Origin: Mycobacterium leprae TN
Lineage (GTDB): Bacteria; Actinomycetota; Actinomycetes; Mycobacteriales; Mycobacteriaceae
Length of the DNA: 32,000 nucleotides
Assembly (NCBI RefSeq): GCF_000195855.1
Contig: NC_002677.1
Location: forward strand, 3,030,001-3,062,000
Reading direction: 5' to 3'
The notes beneath the pieces were generated by a model, which was not told the origin of the DNA, did not search any database, and saw nothing but the letters and a program-made list of their open reading frames with translations. The translations under genes were made by a program, and so were the position numbers. Positions 20,524-30,328 of this stretch are shown piece after piece. Numbering within the stretch: the stretch's first letter is position 1; every line of letters starts with the position of its first letter.

Positions 20524-22353
20524 ATGGCTGAGGTCGAACGCCACTCCTAAGACTGTAGTAGTGGTAAGTGGCGACGATACGATACTACATGATGCAGTCA
20601 TCGAGGCGGGTTACGGGGCATGCGGGTCACAGTAGTGTGTAAACACCTGTTCGGCAAGGCCTACACGAGGATGGCCGAGGGCGGTTGCGGATTGCCCTGG
20701 GCAATACCAACCCGAAGGACGATTAGCGGACCCACTTCGGCGACACGATGTGCGGTGGGAAGTCTATCAGCAACTGGTAAATAGCCGAGGTGATCGCCAC
20801 GGTACACGCGCACCTCAACATAAGAAAATTAACCATGGGGCTGGAGTTTATCCGCACCATCCAACAGAAGAGCGTCGCATTGCAGCAGTAAGATGACGTT
20901 GAACTCGGTTATTACGAAGTGTGGATCAAGGTTTTCGCCGAATGCACGATCACCGAGCTGATTAAAGACAATACAAAAAAACGGGTAACGTATAGTCGGC
21001 ACTTTCGGCTACTTGCGCGAAAGTAGTTGGTTCGTAGTGTTCTAGGCTCCTGCTGTTGTGCTGGCCCTCGGCGGCATCGGCAAGTCATTCAAGGTGACTT
21101 CGAATTCCTGGAAAAACACTGGAAACGGGAATGCCTTGGCACTGCGAGCTGGCGCATCGCTAATCAACATGGAGTGCGTCCAGTTGCACACGACGGGAAT
21201 GGTGTAGCCCCAGCGTGAAAGGCATACTAGGTACCAAAGGTACTCGTAGCGGCGGGGTTCTGAAGAACTCAGACGGCAAGTGGTTCATTTTCGACTACAT
21301 ACAGCCGGTGTTCAAAGGCTAGTACGCTGAAACCGAACACAGAGGCTGGCCAATGGCTAAAGAACAATGACTCCACCCGTCGCACGCCGGACTTGCTGCT
21401 GCACGATGAAGTTGCGCACGATCAACTCCGAGGTCAAAGCCGGCCAAGTCACCCCGCACGGCGTGGTCTACCTCGACATCACGTACCATCTGACACCCGC
21501 TTACATCAAGCGACGGTTGCCGTCAATGCATAACCAGTTCATGTAGCTCGCCGATGTCGACATCGCCACGCAGCCAATAGAAGTCGGTCCCACCTGTCAC
21601 TACGTCATGGGCGTTATCGAAGTCGACACGGATACTGGCGCGCCGATAGTCCCCAGGCTGTTCGTTGCCGACAAATGTTCCGGCAGCATGCACGGCTCCA
21701 ACAGGCTGGGCAGCAATTCGTTATCAGATCTGCTGGTCTTCAGCTGGTAGTCCGGCCTAGGAGCCGCAGACTGCGTGCGGGCACTGGGCAGCCGTCCGAT
21801 TGTCGCACCGGAGGTTGTCTACACCTCGGCCAAGCAGGCGCTAAAAACCTTAGAGGGTACGAAAGACGGCTCGGCTCCAGAAAATCCGTACACACGGTAC
21901 ATGGACTTGCAGTATTTGATACACGACCTAGTCGGCATCATCTGCAACCAGGAGGAGATAGTGCGAGCGCTGACATTTAGTTAAAGGAGTGGCGTACTTG
22001 ATACCAAAACATGCTTATATGAAGAACATCGCCAATAAAACCTAGGCTAGAATCTAGCCATCGATCTGCGCAACGTGCTGCTGGTTAGCGAGTTCGTGGT
22101 TAAGGCCGCGCTGGAACTCGTCAAAAGCCGCGGCAGCCATCCCAATATGGACTCCCTGCGTGATGCAAGACTCTGTTGGTCTGTCGGGCAACGCAAAACA
22201 TCAACGGCAGAGCTGACGGTGCACACGTCACCATCACCCACGAAACCCAGGTACCCATGCGGCCCAACTTGCTGGAACCCTTCGAAATCCTCGGGATTGG
22301 CGAAGTCTTACACCGATGAAGAGCTGGTCGAAAGGTCAGGTCGGAAGTGTTAA
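20524..22353 (+). pseudogene. Succinate dehydrogenase/fumarate reductase flavoprotein subunit pseudogene (Rv0248c-like)
   Basis: MAEVERHS then TAA at codon 9. Blocks follow in shifting frames: VVVVSGDDTILHDAVIEAGYG (FAD fold), GKSFKVTSNSWE-like, NDSTRRTPDLLLHDEVA, GVVYLDITYHLTPAYIKRRLPSMHNQF, VGPTCHYVMGVIEVDTDTGAPIVPRLFVA..CSGSMHGSNRLGSNSLSDLLVF, GSAPENPYTRYMDLQYLIHDLVGII, LLVSEFVVKAALELVKSRGSH and the C-terminal YTDEELVERSGRKC*. Confidence 0.92.
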
Positions 22354-22369
22354 ATAACCTACGAGGCAT

Positions 22370-23100
22370 AGGATTCCCAGTATAGCGTGGCGACGAAGAT
22401 GGTCGCGCACTCCATGACTTCACGGTAGAGGTCAACGAGATCGTGTTTGATATCATTTTCCGGCTGTAAAGGACGCAGAATACCGACCAACCGCGCGGTA
22501 CGCCGGAACTGCAGGGCAGGTGCGGATCATGCCCGGCGGAGATCAACGGCAGACTAGGACTGATGTGTATGACTCGGATGTTGACATTCGGAGAAGACGA
22601 AGTCGTTACCCCTACCCTAGGGCGAACATTCCCGTTCATTCGCGATCCGGTCACCAACGTGTCGTTCAACTACTAGAAAGATCCCATCGTTCGGGCTGAT
22701 CAAAGCACTACAGTGCACTACAGTCCGGTGAATATCTTATGACGCAAGTTGACGTCCAAAGCTTGCATGGAGTCCCGAAAGTGCATCGCATGCTTCCTGT
22801 ACCGAAACAGCTGCCACGTAGTACTCGATGACGAGGAAAACAAGCAGGCGTTCGCCGGACCGCGGTTCTTGATGCGGAGTGTCGAGTTGGAGATGCATCC
22901 GCTGAACACAAGCGACCGACGTCAACAGGAGCAGAAAAAGCACGGCCCGGGTTACTACAACACCACCAAGTGCTGCACCGAGGTCTTCCCAGAAAAACAT
23001 CAAGAACACCGATACCGATTAAATTAATAGAGTCTAGTAGACGACCGCAAAACCGATCCTGTGGCGTGACTGAGTAGTAAGTTGTTTCACCATGTGGTGC
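22370..23100 (+). pseudogene. Succinate dehydrogenase/fumarate reductase iron-sulfur subunit pseudogene (Rv0247c-like)
   Basis: VWRGDEDG..FTVEVNE, then NC..GRCGSCPAEINGRLGLMCMTRMLTFGEDEVVTPTLGRTFPFIRDPVTNVSFNY followed by a stop. The open piece 22749..23027 reads RKCIACFLYRNSCHVVLDDEENKQAFAGPRFLMRSVELEMHPLNTSDRR...GPGYYNTTKCCTEVFPE, carrying the Cys-cluster motifs of the Fe-S subunit. Confidence 0.85.
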
Positions 23101-23221
23101 TACACCCACGCGAGGAAGCTAACGGAAATCTATAACAGTCACCCATCGGCACAGCGCACACCCTAAATCTAAACAACATTATAGGACACCTGAATTTCAG
23201 GACTAAGCGCTCGTTGTGCTG

Positions 23222-23716
<495 letters not shown>

Positions 23717-23849
23717 TTACCCGCTGGGTCTCACACAGACCGGGAGTACCCGGCGAATACCCTTTGCTTGGCGGGAACATCCGGGTGATACCGCAATCTG
23801 CTCTTCCAAGCATTGCACCCAAATAAACCGAGAAAATTAGAGTCGGACG

Positions 23850-25010
23850 GGTCTGACCGGTTTTCGAACAACAACGGCCAGGTAACTATGCGAGCTGCTA
23901 GTTAGGCGGGTGACGATAGCACCGGCATCCACGCGTCTAACCGTGGATTGAAATTAAATGAAGTACAGCACCGAAATCCGTTCGGCCGCCGGCTGATGCA
24001 GGGTGACCCGATGTTCGGTAGCACGCAGGTAGCCGGCCGTCGCTACCTGAAGCAGCTTGCTGATGTTTACGACTAACACCCCGTCCAGTGGCTCAATGTC
24101 AATCCAGTCCCGGTCCCCATCCTAACCGGAGTAACGACGTATTGGCCACTAGATTCGGCCAGAAGCTAGGGTGAGGACGCCAGCATCTCGGCCGCGCACT
24201 CACACCCTGGGCGGTGGCCATGTGGAGACCAACTTCCTTCCGCCGTGTTTCAGCGGCGGGTGGCCCAACAAAGTCTTTGAGTCGACCACTTCAGGCGGAC
24301 CACCTAACTAACGATACCAGCCAATGTCCGAACAATGCACGCGCCATATCCTACAGCGTACCGGCCCCATTCGCGGATGATCCCGGGCAATGCAGCCGGG
24401 CCACTGCTTGGGGTCCAGCAACCACAGATGTTGCGGCTTACCGAGCCCACATGTATAGGCACACGTTCCAAGGCCGATGTCGATCTGTTCGCATTGAGTC
24501 TACCTCGCCACGGGTAGGCGAGCTATTTGACCACATGCAGCAAACAGCATGGGAACCCCCGGGCCATCGCGGTAGGCGGTGCGAGGTTGGGGTTCTCGAG
24601 CACAGCTGCGGCGGTGTTGGGTGCCGCCGAGCCATGCGCGCCAGAAGGTCATCGGATCGAGGGCAAACGACACGCGCTGCCGTGGCCAGCTGATCGAATC
24701 CAGCGGCAGCAGCAAGCCTGCCAGCTAAGCATCCTCGAACAGGCCGCCTTACAGTGGACCACTGTTGCCACCGGGGCTGCCGTTGGCATAGGACAATTGG
24801 CCAGTGGCCCTGCTGAGAGGGCTGATCCATGCCGACCTAAGATCTGGGCTCAGGTCGGCATGGGATCGTATTGGTGAGCAATCGAGCGGGTCCGATTACG
24901 CTATAATGACCGGCCGCCGTTACGGGCCGTATGGCAACCCCACCAGCCGGTCGGCAATTTGTCCACCCACTATCAACGCAGATGACATGGATTTCCAGGT
25001 GGTCGCAAAG
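23850..25010 (-). pseudogene. 2-oxoglutarate/Fe(II)-dependent oxygenase (isopenicillin-N-synthase-like family) pseudogene
   Basis: Minus-strand fragments: LEIHVICVDS (IPVIDLS-like N-terminus, about 24990), RDAGVLTLA (HTDxGxLTLL-like), then DGDRDWIDIEPLDGVLVVNISKLLQVATAGYLRATEHRVTLHQPAAERISVLYF (about 24140-23960). That last block matches the C-terminal jelly-roll pattern W..V.P.PGA.VVNIGD.LQ.WTNG.Y.ST.HRV......R.S..FF. Several stops and frameshifts are present. Confidence 0.6.
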
Positions 25011-25055
25011 ATCCTAGCCAACCAGTTGGCTGGTTGGTTGACCGGTGCATTGTAA

Positions 25056-25228
25056 CCGACACCGACTTGCGTTGACTTATTTCGATATATCGTTGACCTA
25101 TTTGTTGATCGGGTATATTTTTAATTGAACTATATTGACTGATAATATATTTTATTCGGTGTTACTGGTGGGTAACTTAGTCCGAAGTACCCAACCTCTT
25201 GATGGTTTTCTCGACTAGGAGGACCGTA
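25056..25228 (+). promoter_or_regulatory. AT-rich fadE5 upstream control region with a phased TTGAy-box array and dyads
   Basis: CGTTGACTTATTT (25070-25082) and CGTTGACCTATTT (25091-25103) are a 12/13 direct repeat with a 21-bp period, separated by the palindrome CGATATATCG (25083-25092). Further TTGATC, TTGAAC and TTGACT hexamers start at 25105, 25125 and 25135. There is a dyad GTTAC-N6-GTAAC (25161-25176) and an imperfect inverted repeat (IR), GGGTAACTT/AAGTACCC (25170-25192). The SD AGGAGGA (25217-25223) precedes the GTG at 25229. Confidence 0.5.
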
Positions 25229-27064
25229 GTGAGTCACTACAAAAGCAACGTTCGCGACCAGGTTTTTAACCTCTTTGAGGTGTTGGGCGTGGACAAGGCT
25301 TTCGGTACAGACGAGTTCAGCAATCTGGACGCCGACACCGCCTACGAAATGTTGACCGAGGTCAGCCGTCTGGCCGAGGGACCCGTCGCCGCGTCGTTCG
25401 CTGAAGGCGACCGCAACCCACCAGTATTCCACCCCGAAACTCACTCGATCACACTGCCGGAGTCGTTCAAGAAATCCTGCAGGGCGGTGGCCGAAGCCGG
25501 TTGGAGCAAGGCCGGCATCGACGAGGCACTCGGTGGCACGCCGATGCCCAAGGCGCTGTTATGGGCACTGCACGAGCATCTGATGGGCGCCAACCCGGCG
25601 GTGTGGATTTATGCTGGCGGTGCCGGCTTCGCTAACATCCTCTACCACCTCGGCACCGAGAAACAGAAGAAGTGGGCGGTGTGGGCTGCCGAGCGCAATT
25701 GGGGTTCGACCATGGTGCTCACCGAGCCAGATGCCGGTTCGGATGTGGGTGCCGGCCGGACCAAGGCCGTTCATCAGGAAGACGATTCCTGGCACATTGA
25801 TGGGGTCAAGCGATTCATCACCTCGGGTGACTCCGACGACCTATTCGAGAACATCTTCCACCTCGTGCTGGCCCGCCCCGAGGGCGCCGGGCCTGGCACC
25901 AAGGGGCTGTCACTATTCTTCGTGCCCAAGTTCCTGTTCGACTTCGAAACCGGTGAGCTCGGCGAACGCAACGGGGTCTTCGTCACCAACGTCGAGCACA
26001 AGATGGGCCTCAAGGTGTCTGCCACTTGTGAGCTGTCCTTTGGCCAGCACGGCGTGCCCGCTAAGGGCTGGCTGGTCGGCGATGTGCACGATGGCATAGC
26101 GCAGATGTTTGAGGTCATCGAGCAGGCACGCATGATGGTCGGCACCAAGGCGATTGCTACCCTGTCGACCGGCTATCTGAACGCGCTGGAATACGCAAAG
26201 TCCCGCGTGCAGGGCGCCGACCTGACCCAAATGACCGACAAGACCGCACCGCGGGTAACCATCACGCATCACCCTGATGTGCGCCGGTCGCTAATGACTC
26301 AAAAGGCCTACGCCGAAGGTCTGCGAGCGCTGTACCTCTACACAGCCACGTTCCAGGATGCAGCAGTGGCCGAAGCGGTGCACGGCGTGGACGCCAAGCT
26401 GGCGGTCAAGATCAACGACCTGATGCTGCCGTTAGTCAAAGGGGTGGGCTCCGAGCAGGCCTACGCGAAACTCACTGAGAGCCTGCAGACCCTCGGTGGT
26501 TCGGGCTTCCTCCAAGACTACCCGATTGAGCAATACATCCGCGACGCGAAAATTGACTCGCTGTACGAAGGCACCACCGCCATCCAGGCGCAGGACTTTT
26601 TCTTCCGCAAGATCGTCCGCGACAAGGGCGTGGCACTGTCCTATGTGTCGGGACAAATCCAGCAATTCGTCGACAGCGAGACTGGTAACGGTCGGCTGAA
26701 AAGCGAACGCGAACTGCTGGCCAAGGCCCTAACCGACATCCAGGGGATGGAAGCCTCACTGACCGGCTATCTGATGGCAGCTCAGCAAGACGTCACCAGC
26801 TTGTACAAGGTGGGTCTGGGGTCGGTGCGCTTCCTAATGAGCGTCGGTGACCTGATCATCGGCTGGTTGCTGCAGCGCCAGGCCGCGGTGGCGGTGCAGG
26901 CACTCGATGCCGGCGCTAGCAGCGCTGAGCGTTCCTTCTACGAAGGCAAAGTCGCGGTGTCGTCATTCTTCGCGAAAAACTTCTTGCCACTGTTGACCAG
27001 CACTCGCGAAGTGCTTGAGGTGCTGGACAACGACATCATGGAGCTTGACGAAGCCGCCTTCTAG
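25229..27064 (+). CDS. fadE5: Acyl-CoA dehydrogenase FadE5 (611 aa from the GTG at 25229)
   Basis: Uninterrupted ORF. The N-terminus from the GTG, (M)[22 protein letters not shown], matches the remembered Mtb FadE5 N-terminus. A strong SD lies 5 nt upstream. It has long-form ACAD architecture with a C-terminal extension. The ORF-track TTG at 25199 adds 10 unsupported codons. Confidence 0.95.
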   Translation: MSHYKSNVRDQVFNLFEVLGVDKAFGTDEFSNLDADTAYEMLTEVSRLAEGPVAASFAEGDRNPPVFHPETHSITLPESFKKSCRAVAEAGWSKAGIDEALGGTPMPKALLWALHEHLMGANPAVWIYAGGAGFANILYHLGTEKQKKWAVWAAERNWGSTMVLTEPDAGSDVGAGRTKAVHQEDDSWHIDGVKRFITSGDSDDLFENIFHLVLARPEGAGPGTKGLSLFFVPKFLFDFETGELGERNGVFVTNVEHKMGLKVSATCELSFGQHGVPAKGWLVGDVHDGIAQMFEVIEQARMMVGTKAIATLSTGYLNALEYAKSRVQGADLTQMTDKTAPRVTITHHPDVRRSLMTQKAYAEGLRALYLYTATFQDAAVAEAVHGVDAKLAVKINDLMLPLVKGVGSEQAYAKLTESLQTLGGSGFLQDYPIEQYIRDAKIDSLYEGTTAIQAQDFFFRKIVRDKGVALSYVSGQIQQFVDSETGNGRLKSERELLAKALTDIQGMEASLTGYLMAAQQDVTSLYKVGLGSVRFLMSVGDLIIGWLLQRQAAVAVQALDAGASSAERSFYEGKVAVSSFFAKNFLPLLTSTREVLEVLDNDIMELDEAAF

Positions 27065-27087
27065 TAGTCGATGACAAGCGGAACTGC

Positions 27088-27123
27088 AAGGTCCCCCGCT
27101 TCAACGTTGAAGCGGGGGACCTT
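27088..27123. terminator. Perfect 36-bp palindrome; candidate bidirectional intrinsic terminator between convergent fadE5 and fadA2
   Basis: AAGGTCCCCCGCTTCAAC|GTTGAAGCGGGGGACCTT. I checked all 18 base pairs by hand. It starts 24 nt after the fadE5 stop. No U-tract is present on either side. Confidence 0.7.
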
Positions 27124-27250
27124 AAGTCCGGTAGTCGCTAAATATTAATCCAGTAGTTACCGTATATTAACGGTATATTAACCGTAGTCACTATATATAT
27201 ATTAATTCTTCTCTAAAAAGATATTAAGTTTTCTCTAAAAGAATAAAGAC
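27124..27250. repeat. Extremely AT-rich tract with short tandem and direct repeats
   Basis: GTATATTAAC occurs twice with an 11-bp period (27162-27171, 27173-27182). GTAGTNNC occurs three times (27131, 27153, 27185). There is a (TA)5.5 run (27192-27202). TTCTCTAAAAAGATATTAAG (27209-27228) and TTCTCTAAAAGAATAAAG (27231-27248) form an imperfect direct repeat. Counted GC is 13/60 at 27121-27180 and 10/60 at 27181-27240. Confidence 0.8.
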
Positions 27251-27485
27251 GGTGTCGGATCCCCTCGCTCCAACAACGGCCTGTTCGGGCGCCCGGTCTG
27301 CGTCGACTGACCAGCGATCGACCCAAGCATCCCCCGTCTTGCTGTCTGGATCGGGGATTCAATCAGACACGGAAGCCCTCCCAGCCATCGAATATCCATC
27401 TAGCGTAAGGACCAACCGCGCAGCACAAAATTCTCGCGCCACCGCCGGTCATCGCTTCGTGGTTAGGTCAGCTGGTGACCTGACA

Positions 27486-28832
27486 TCAAGCCTCCAGAAT
27501 CACAGCTACACCTTGGCCGCCGGCGGCACAGACCGAAATCAAAGCCCGCATCGGCCCGCAACCTTTTTGCGTTGCCTTCTGCTCAGCAAGTTGTTTTGCA
27601 GTCTGAACAAGGATACGTCCACCCGTGGCAGCAAAGGGATGACCGGCAGCCAATGATGAACCATTGACATTGAGCTTGGACCGGTCGATCGGGCCAAGAG
27701 CGGTATCGAGGCCCAGACACTGCCGGCAATACTCCTCGGACTCCCACGCCTGCAAATGCGCCAGCACCACCGAGGCAAATGCCTCGTGAATTTCGTAGAA
27801 GTCGAAATCCTGAAAGCTCAGCCCGTTGCGGGCTAACAGCCGAGGTACCGCGTAAGTCGGCGCCATCAGCAGGCCGTCATTTCCGCTGACGTAATCAACC
27901 GCGGCGATCTCCGCATCTACCCAGTAAGCAAACGGGGTCAACGAATGCGCAGCAACCCATTGCTCGGTGGCGAGCAACGCTACCGAAGCGCCGTCGGTCA
28001 GCGAAGTAGAATTTCCCGCCGTCATCGTCGCATCACCGGCCTGAACTCCGAAAACCGGGCGCAACGTGGCTAACTTTTCCACATGAGAGTTGGGCCGTAG
28101 ATTGTCATCGCGGTAGAGCCCCAGAAACGGCGTGACCAGATCGTCGAAGAAGCCCCGATCGTAAGCGGAGGCCATATTGCGATGGCTAGCGGCAGCCAGC
28201 TCGTCTTGATCGACCCGCTTGATCCCCATTTTCTTGGCGGTGATGGCGGCGTGTTCTCCCATGGACAGCCCAGTGCGGGGCTCACTGTTGGCGGGGATTT
28301 CGACCCCGATATTGGCAGGCAATGCGCCCACCAGCTTCAGCCGTTGCACGTTGGATTTGGATCGGCGCAGCTTCAGCAGGTTGCGGCGCAGGTTGTCACC
28401 CAGGCTGATCGGCACGTCCGAAGTGGTGTCGACTCCGCCGGCAACGGCCACCTCATAGCGGCCAGCTGCAATGCCATCAGCTGCCACAATCGCCGCCTGC
28501 AGACCAGTTGCACAAGCCTGCTGCAGGTCGAACGCAGGTGTGTATGGCGACAGTTGCGACCCCAACACGCATTCACGCATCAGGTTGAAGTCGCGGCTGT
28601 GCTTGAGCACAGCACCGCCGATCACCATGTCCAATCGTTCGCCGGCCAGCCCGAATCGGTCCACCAGACCACTTAGAGCCGCGGAGAACATGTCCTGGTT
28701 GGACGCTTCGGCATAGGCGCCATTTGATCTCGCGAACGGGATCCTATTGCCGCCCAACACGGCGACTCTTTGCTTAGCGAACGTGGTCCTCTGAATAGTC
28801 TTGTCACTTGCCACAGAACTTGCAGGGGCCAC
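27486..28832 (-). CDS. fadA2: Acetyl-CoA acyltransferase / 3-ketoacyl-CoA thiolase FadA2
   Basis: Uninterrupted ORF with the thiolase active-site regions QQACATGLQAA and the C-terminal VCAAGGQGVAVILEA. The preferred start is the GTG at 28832, with GGAGA 6 nt upstream, giving (M)APASS like Mtb MAPAA. The longest ORF starts at the ATG at 28859. Confidence 0.93.
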   Translation of the reverse strand: MAPASSVASDKTIQRTTFAKQRVAVLGGNRIPFARSNGAYAEASNQDMFSAALSGLVDRFGLAGERLDMVIGGAVLKHSRDFNLMRECVLGSQLSPYTPAFDLQQACATGLQAAIVAADGIAAGRYEVAVAGGVDTTSDVPISLGDNLRRNLLKLRRSKSNVQRLKLVGALPANIGVEIPANSEPRTGLSMGEHAAITAKKMGIKRVDQDELAAASHRNMASAYDRGFFDDLVTPFLGLYRDDNLRPNSHVEKLATLRPVFGVQAGDATMTAGNSTSLTDGASVALLATEQWVAAHSLTPFAYWVDAEIAAVDYVSGNDGLLMAPTYAVPRLLARNGLSFQDFDFYEIHEAFASVVLAHLQAWESEEYCRQCLGLDTALGPIDRSKLNVNGSSLAAGHPFAATGGRILVQTAKQLAEQKATQKGCGPMRALISVCAAGGQGVAVILEA

Positions 28833-28903
28833 TTGTAATCTCCGTGTCTCTCCGAGCATATCAGTTAGGGGATAAGCTGTTGGGAGTCACACTACCCGCT
28901 GTT

Positions 28904-28919
28904 CTTACTCTCAAGTAAG
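28904..28919. promoter_or_regulatory. 16-bp palindrome in the divergent fadA2/fabG4 intergenic region; candidate operator
   Basis: CTTACT-CTCA-AGTAAG has perfect 6-bp arms. It lies 45 bp upstream of the fabG4 GTG (28964) and about 72 bp upstream of the fadA2 GTG (28832). Confidence 0.35.
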
Positions 28920-28963
28920 TTTATTTACCTCGATAAGGTTTGGCTTAAACGGAAGGCAGCTCA

Positions 28964-30328
28964 GTGGCCCCCAAGTGCTCATCGGATCTGTTCTCACAGA
29001 TTGTCAGCTCCGGTCCGGGATCGTTTGTGGCGAAACAACTTGGCGTTCCGCGGCCCGAAACACTTCGACGCTACCGGCCGAGCGATGCACCGCTATGCGG
29101 ATCCCTGCTAATCGGCGGTGACGGCAGGCTGGTAGAGCCGTTGCGTGCGACGCTAGAAAAGGACTACGACCTGGTAAGTAACAACCTGGGCGGTCGTTGG
29201 ACCGACTCATTCGGCGGGCTCGTCTTCGACGCCACCGGTATTACAGCGCCGGCCGAGCTTAAAGGACTGCACAACTTTTTCACTCCCCTACTGCGCAATC
29301 TTGGCCGCTGTGCACGCGTCGTGGTCATCGGCACGACACCCGACGCGACCACCAGCACCGACGAACGAATCGCGCAGCGCGCGTTGGAGGGTTTCAGCCG
29401 CTCACTGGGCAAGGAATTGCGCCGCGGCGCCACCGTGGCGCTGGTGTATCTATCACCGGACGCCAAACCGGCCGCCACGGGCCTGGAGTCCACCATGCGG
29501 TTCATCCTGTCGGCCAAGTCGGCCTACGTCAACGGCCAGGTTTTCTATGTCGGGGCAGCCGACTCCACCCCACCGACCAATTGGGACCGGCCGCTGGAGA
29601 ACAAGGTAGCCATCGTGACCGGTGCCGCACGCGGTATCGGCGCGGCCATCGCCGAGGTGGTCGCCAGGGATGGCGCCCGGGTCGTCGCGATCGACGTGGA
29701 ATCCGCAGCTGAGGCGCTGGATGAAACCGCCAATCGGGTCGGTGGCACCACACTGTCACTCGACGTCACCGCGGATGATGCCGTCGACAAAATCACCGAG
29801 CACCTACATGACTATCAAGGCGGGCACGCCGACATCTTGGTCAACAACGCTGGTATCACCCGTGACAAACTGTTGGCCAACATGGACGATTGCAGATGGG
29901 ATGCCGTCTTGGAAGTCAATCTTCTTGCCCCGCAACGTCTTACCGAAGGATTAGTCGGGAACGGCAGCATAAGCAAAGGCGGTAGGGTGATCGTCCTGTC
30001 GTCAATGGCCGGCATTGCGGGCAACCGCGGTCAGACGAACTACGCCACCGCTAAGGCCGGGGTGATTGGTCTCACCCAAGCACTAGCACCGGGACTGGCC
30101 GAGAAGGGCATCACGATCAACGCCGTCGCACCGGGATTCATCGAAACTCAAATGACGGCAGCTATCCCGCTGGCCACCCGCGAGGTAGGACGCCGACTGA
30201 ACTCGTTGCTGCAGGGTGGCCTGCCCGTAGATGTTGCTGAGACCATTGCCTACTTCGCTATACCGGCGTCCAACGCGGTGACAGGAAACGTTATTCGTGT
30301 ATGTGGCCAGGCAATGCTCGGTGCATGA
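28964..30328 (+). CDS. fabG4: 3-oxoacyl-[ACP]/acyl-CoA reductase FabG4 (two-domain SDR, 454 aa)
   Basis: Uninterrupted ORF with a GTG start and GGAAGG at 28951-28956. The N-terminus [21 protein letters not shown] is followed by the Rossmann motif [12 protein letters not shown] and catalytic NYATAKAG. It is the same length as Mtb FabG4 as I recall it. Confidence 0.95.
   Translation: MAPKCSSDLFSQIVSSGPGSFVAKQLGVPRPETLRRYRPSDAPLCGSLLIGGDGRLVEPLRATLEKDYDLVSNNLGGRWTDSFGGLVFDATGITAPAELKGLHNFFTPLLRNLGRCARVVVIGTTPDATTSTDERIAQRALEGFSRSLGKELRRGATVALVYLSPDAKPAATGLESTMRFILSAKSAYVNGQVFYVGAADSTPPTNWDRPLENKVAIVTGAARGIGAAIAEVVARDGARVVAIDVESAAEALDETANRVGGTTLSLDVTADDAVDKITEHLHDYQGGHADILVNNAGITRDKLLANMDDCRWDAVLEVNLLAPQRLTEGLVGNGSISKGGRVIVLSSMAGIAGNRGQTNYATAKAGVIGLTQALAPGLAEKGITINAVAPGFIETQMTAAIPLATREVGRRLNSLLQGGLPVDVAETIAYFAIPASNAVTGNVIRVCGQAMLGA

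Noticed and set aside
25559-26759. Antisense and off-frame ORFs inside fadE5 (for example 25611..26099 and 25774..26148). There are similar sets inside fadA2 (28070..28716) and fabG4 (29004..30382).
   Set aside because: These are shadow ORFs of high-GC genes. I recognise no motifs in them, and the true frames are unambiguous.
27192-27202. A (TA)5.5 microsatellite that might serve as a VNTR typing locus.
   Set aside because: It is too short to call polymorphic from one sequence. I kept it only as part of the AT-rich tract description.
27252-27656. A 134-codon plus-strand ORF starting right after the AT-rich tract and running into the 3' end of fadA2.
   Set aside because: Its second half is antisense to the conserved fadA2 C-terminus. 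It has no SD and a low-complexity Ser/Ala/Thr-rich sequence, so it is most likely spurious.
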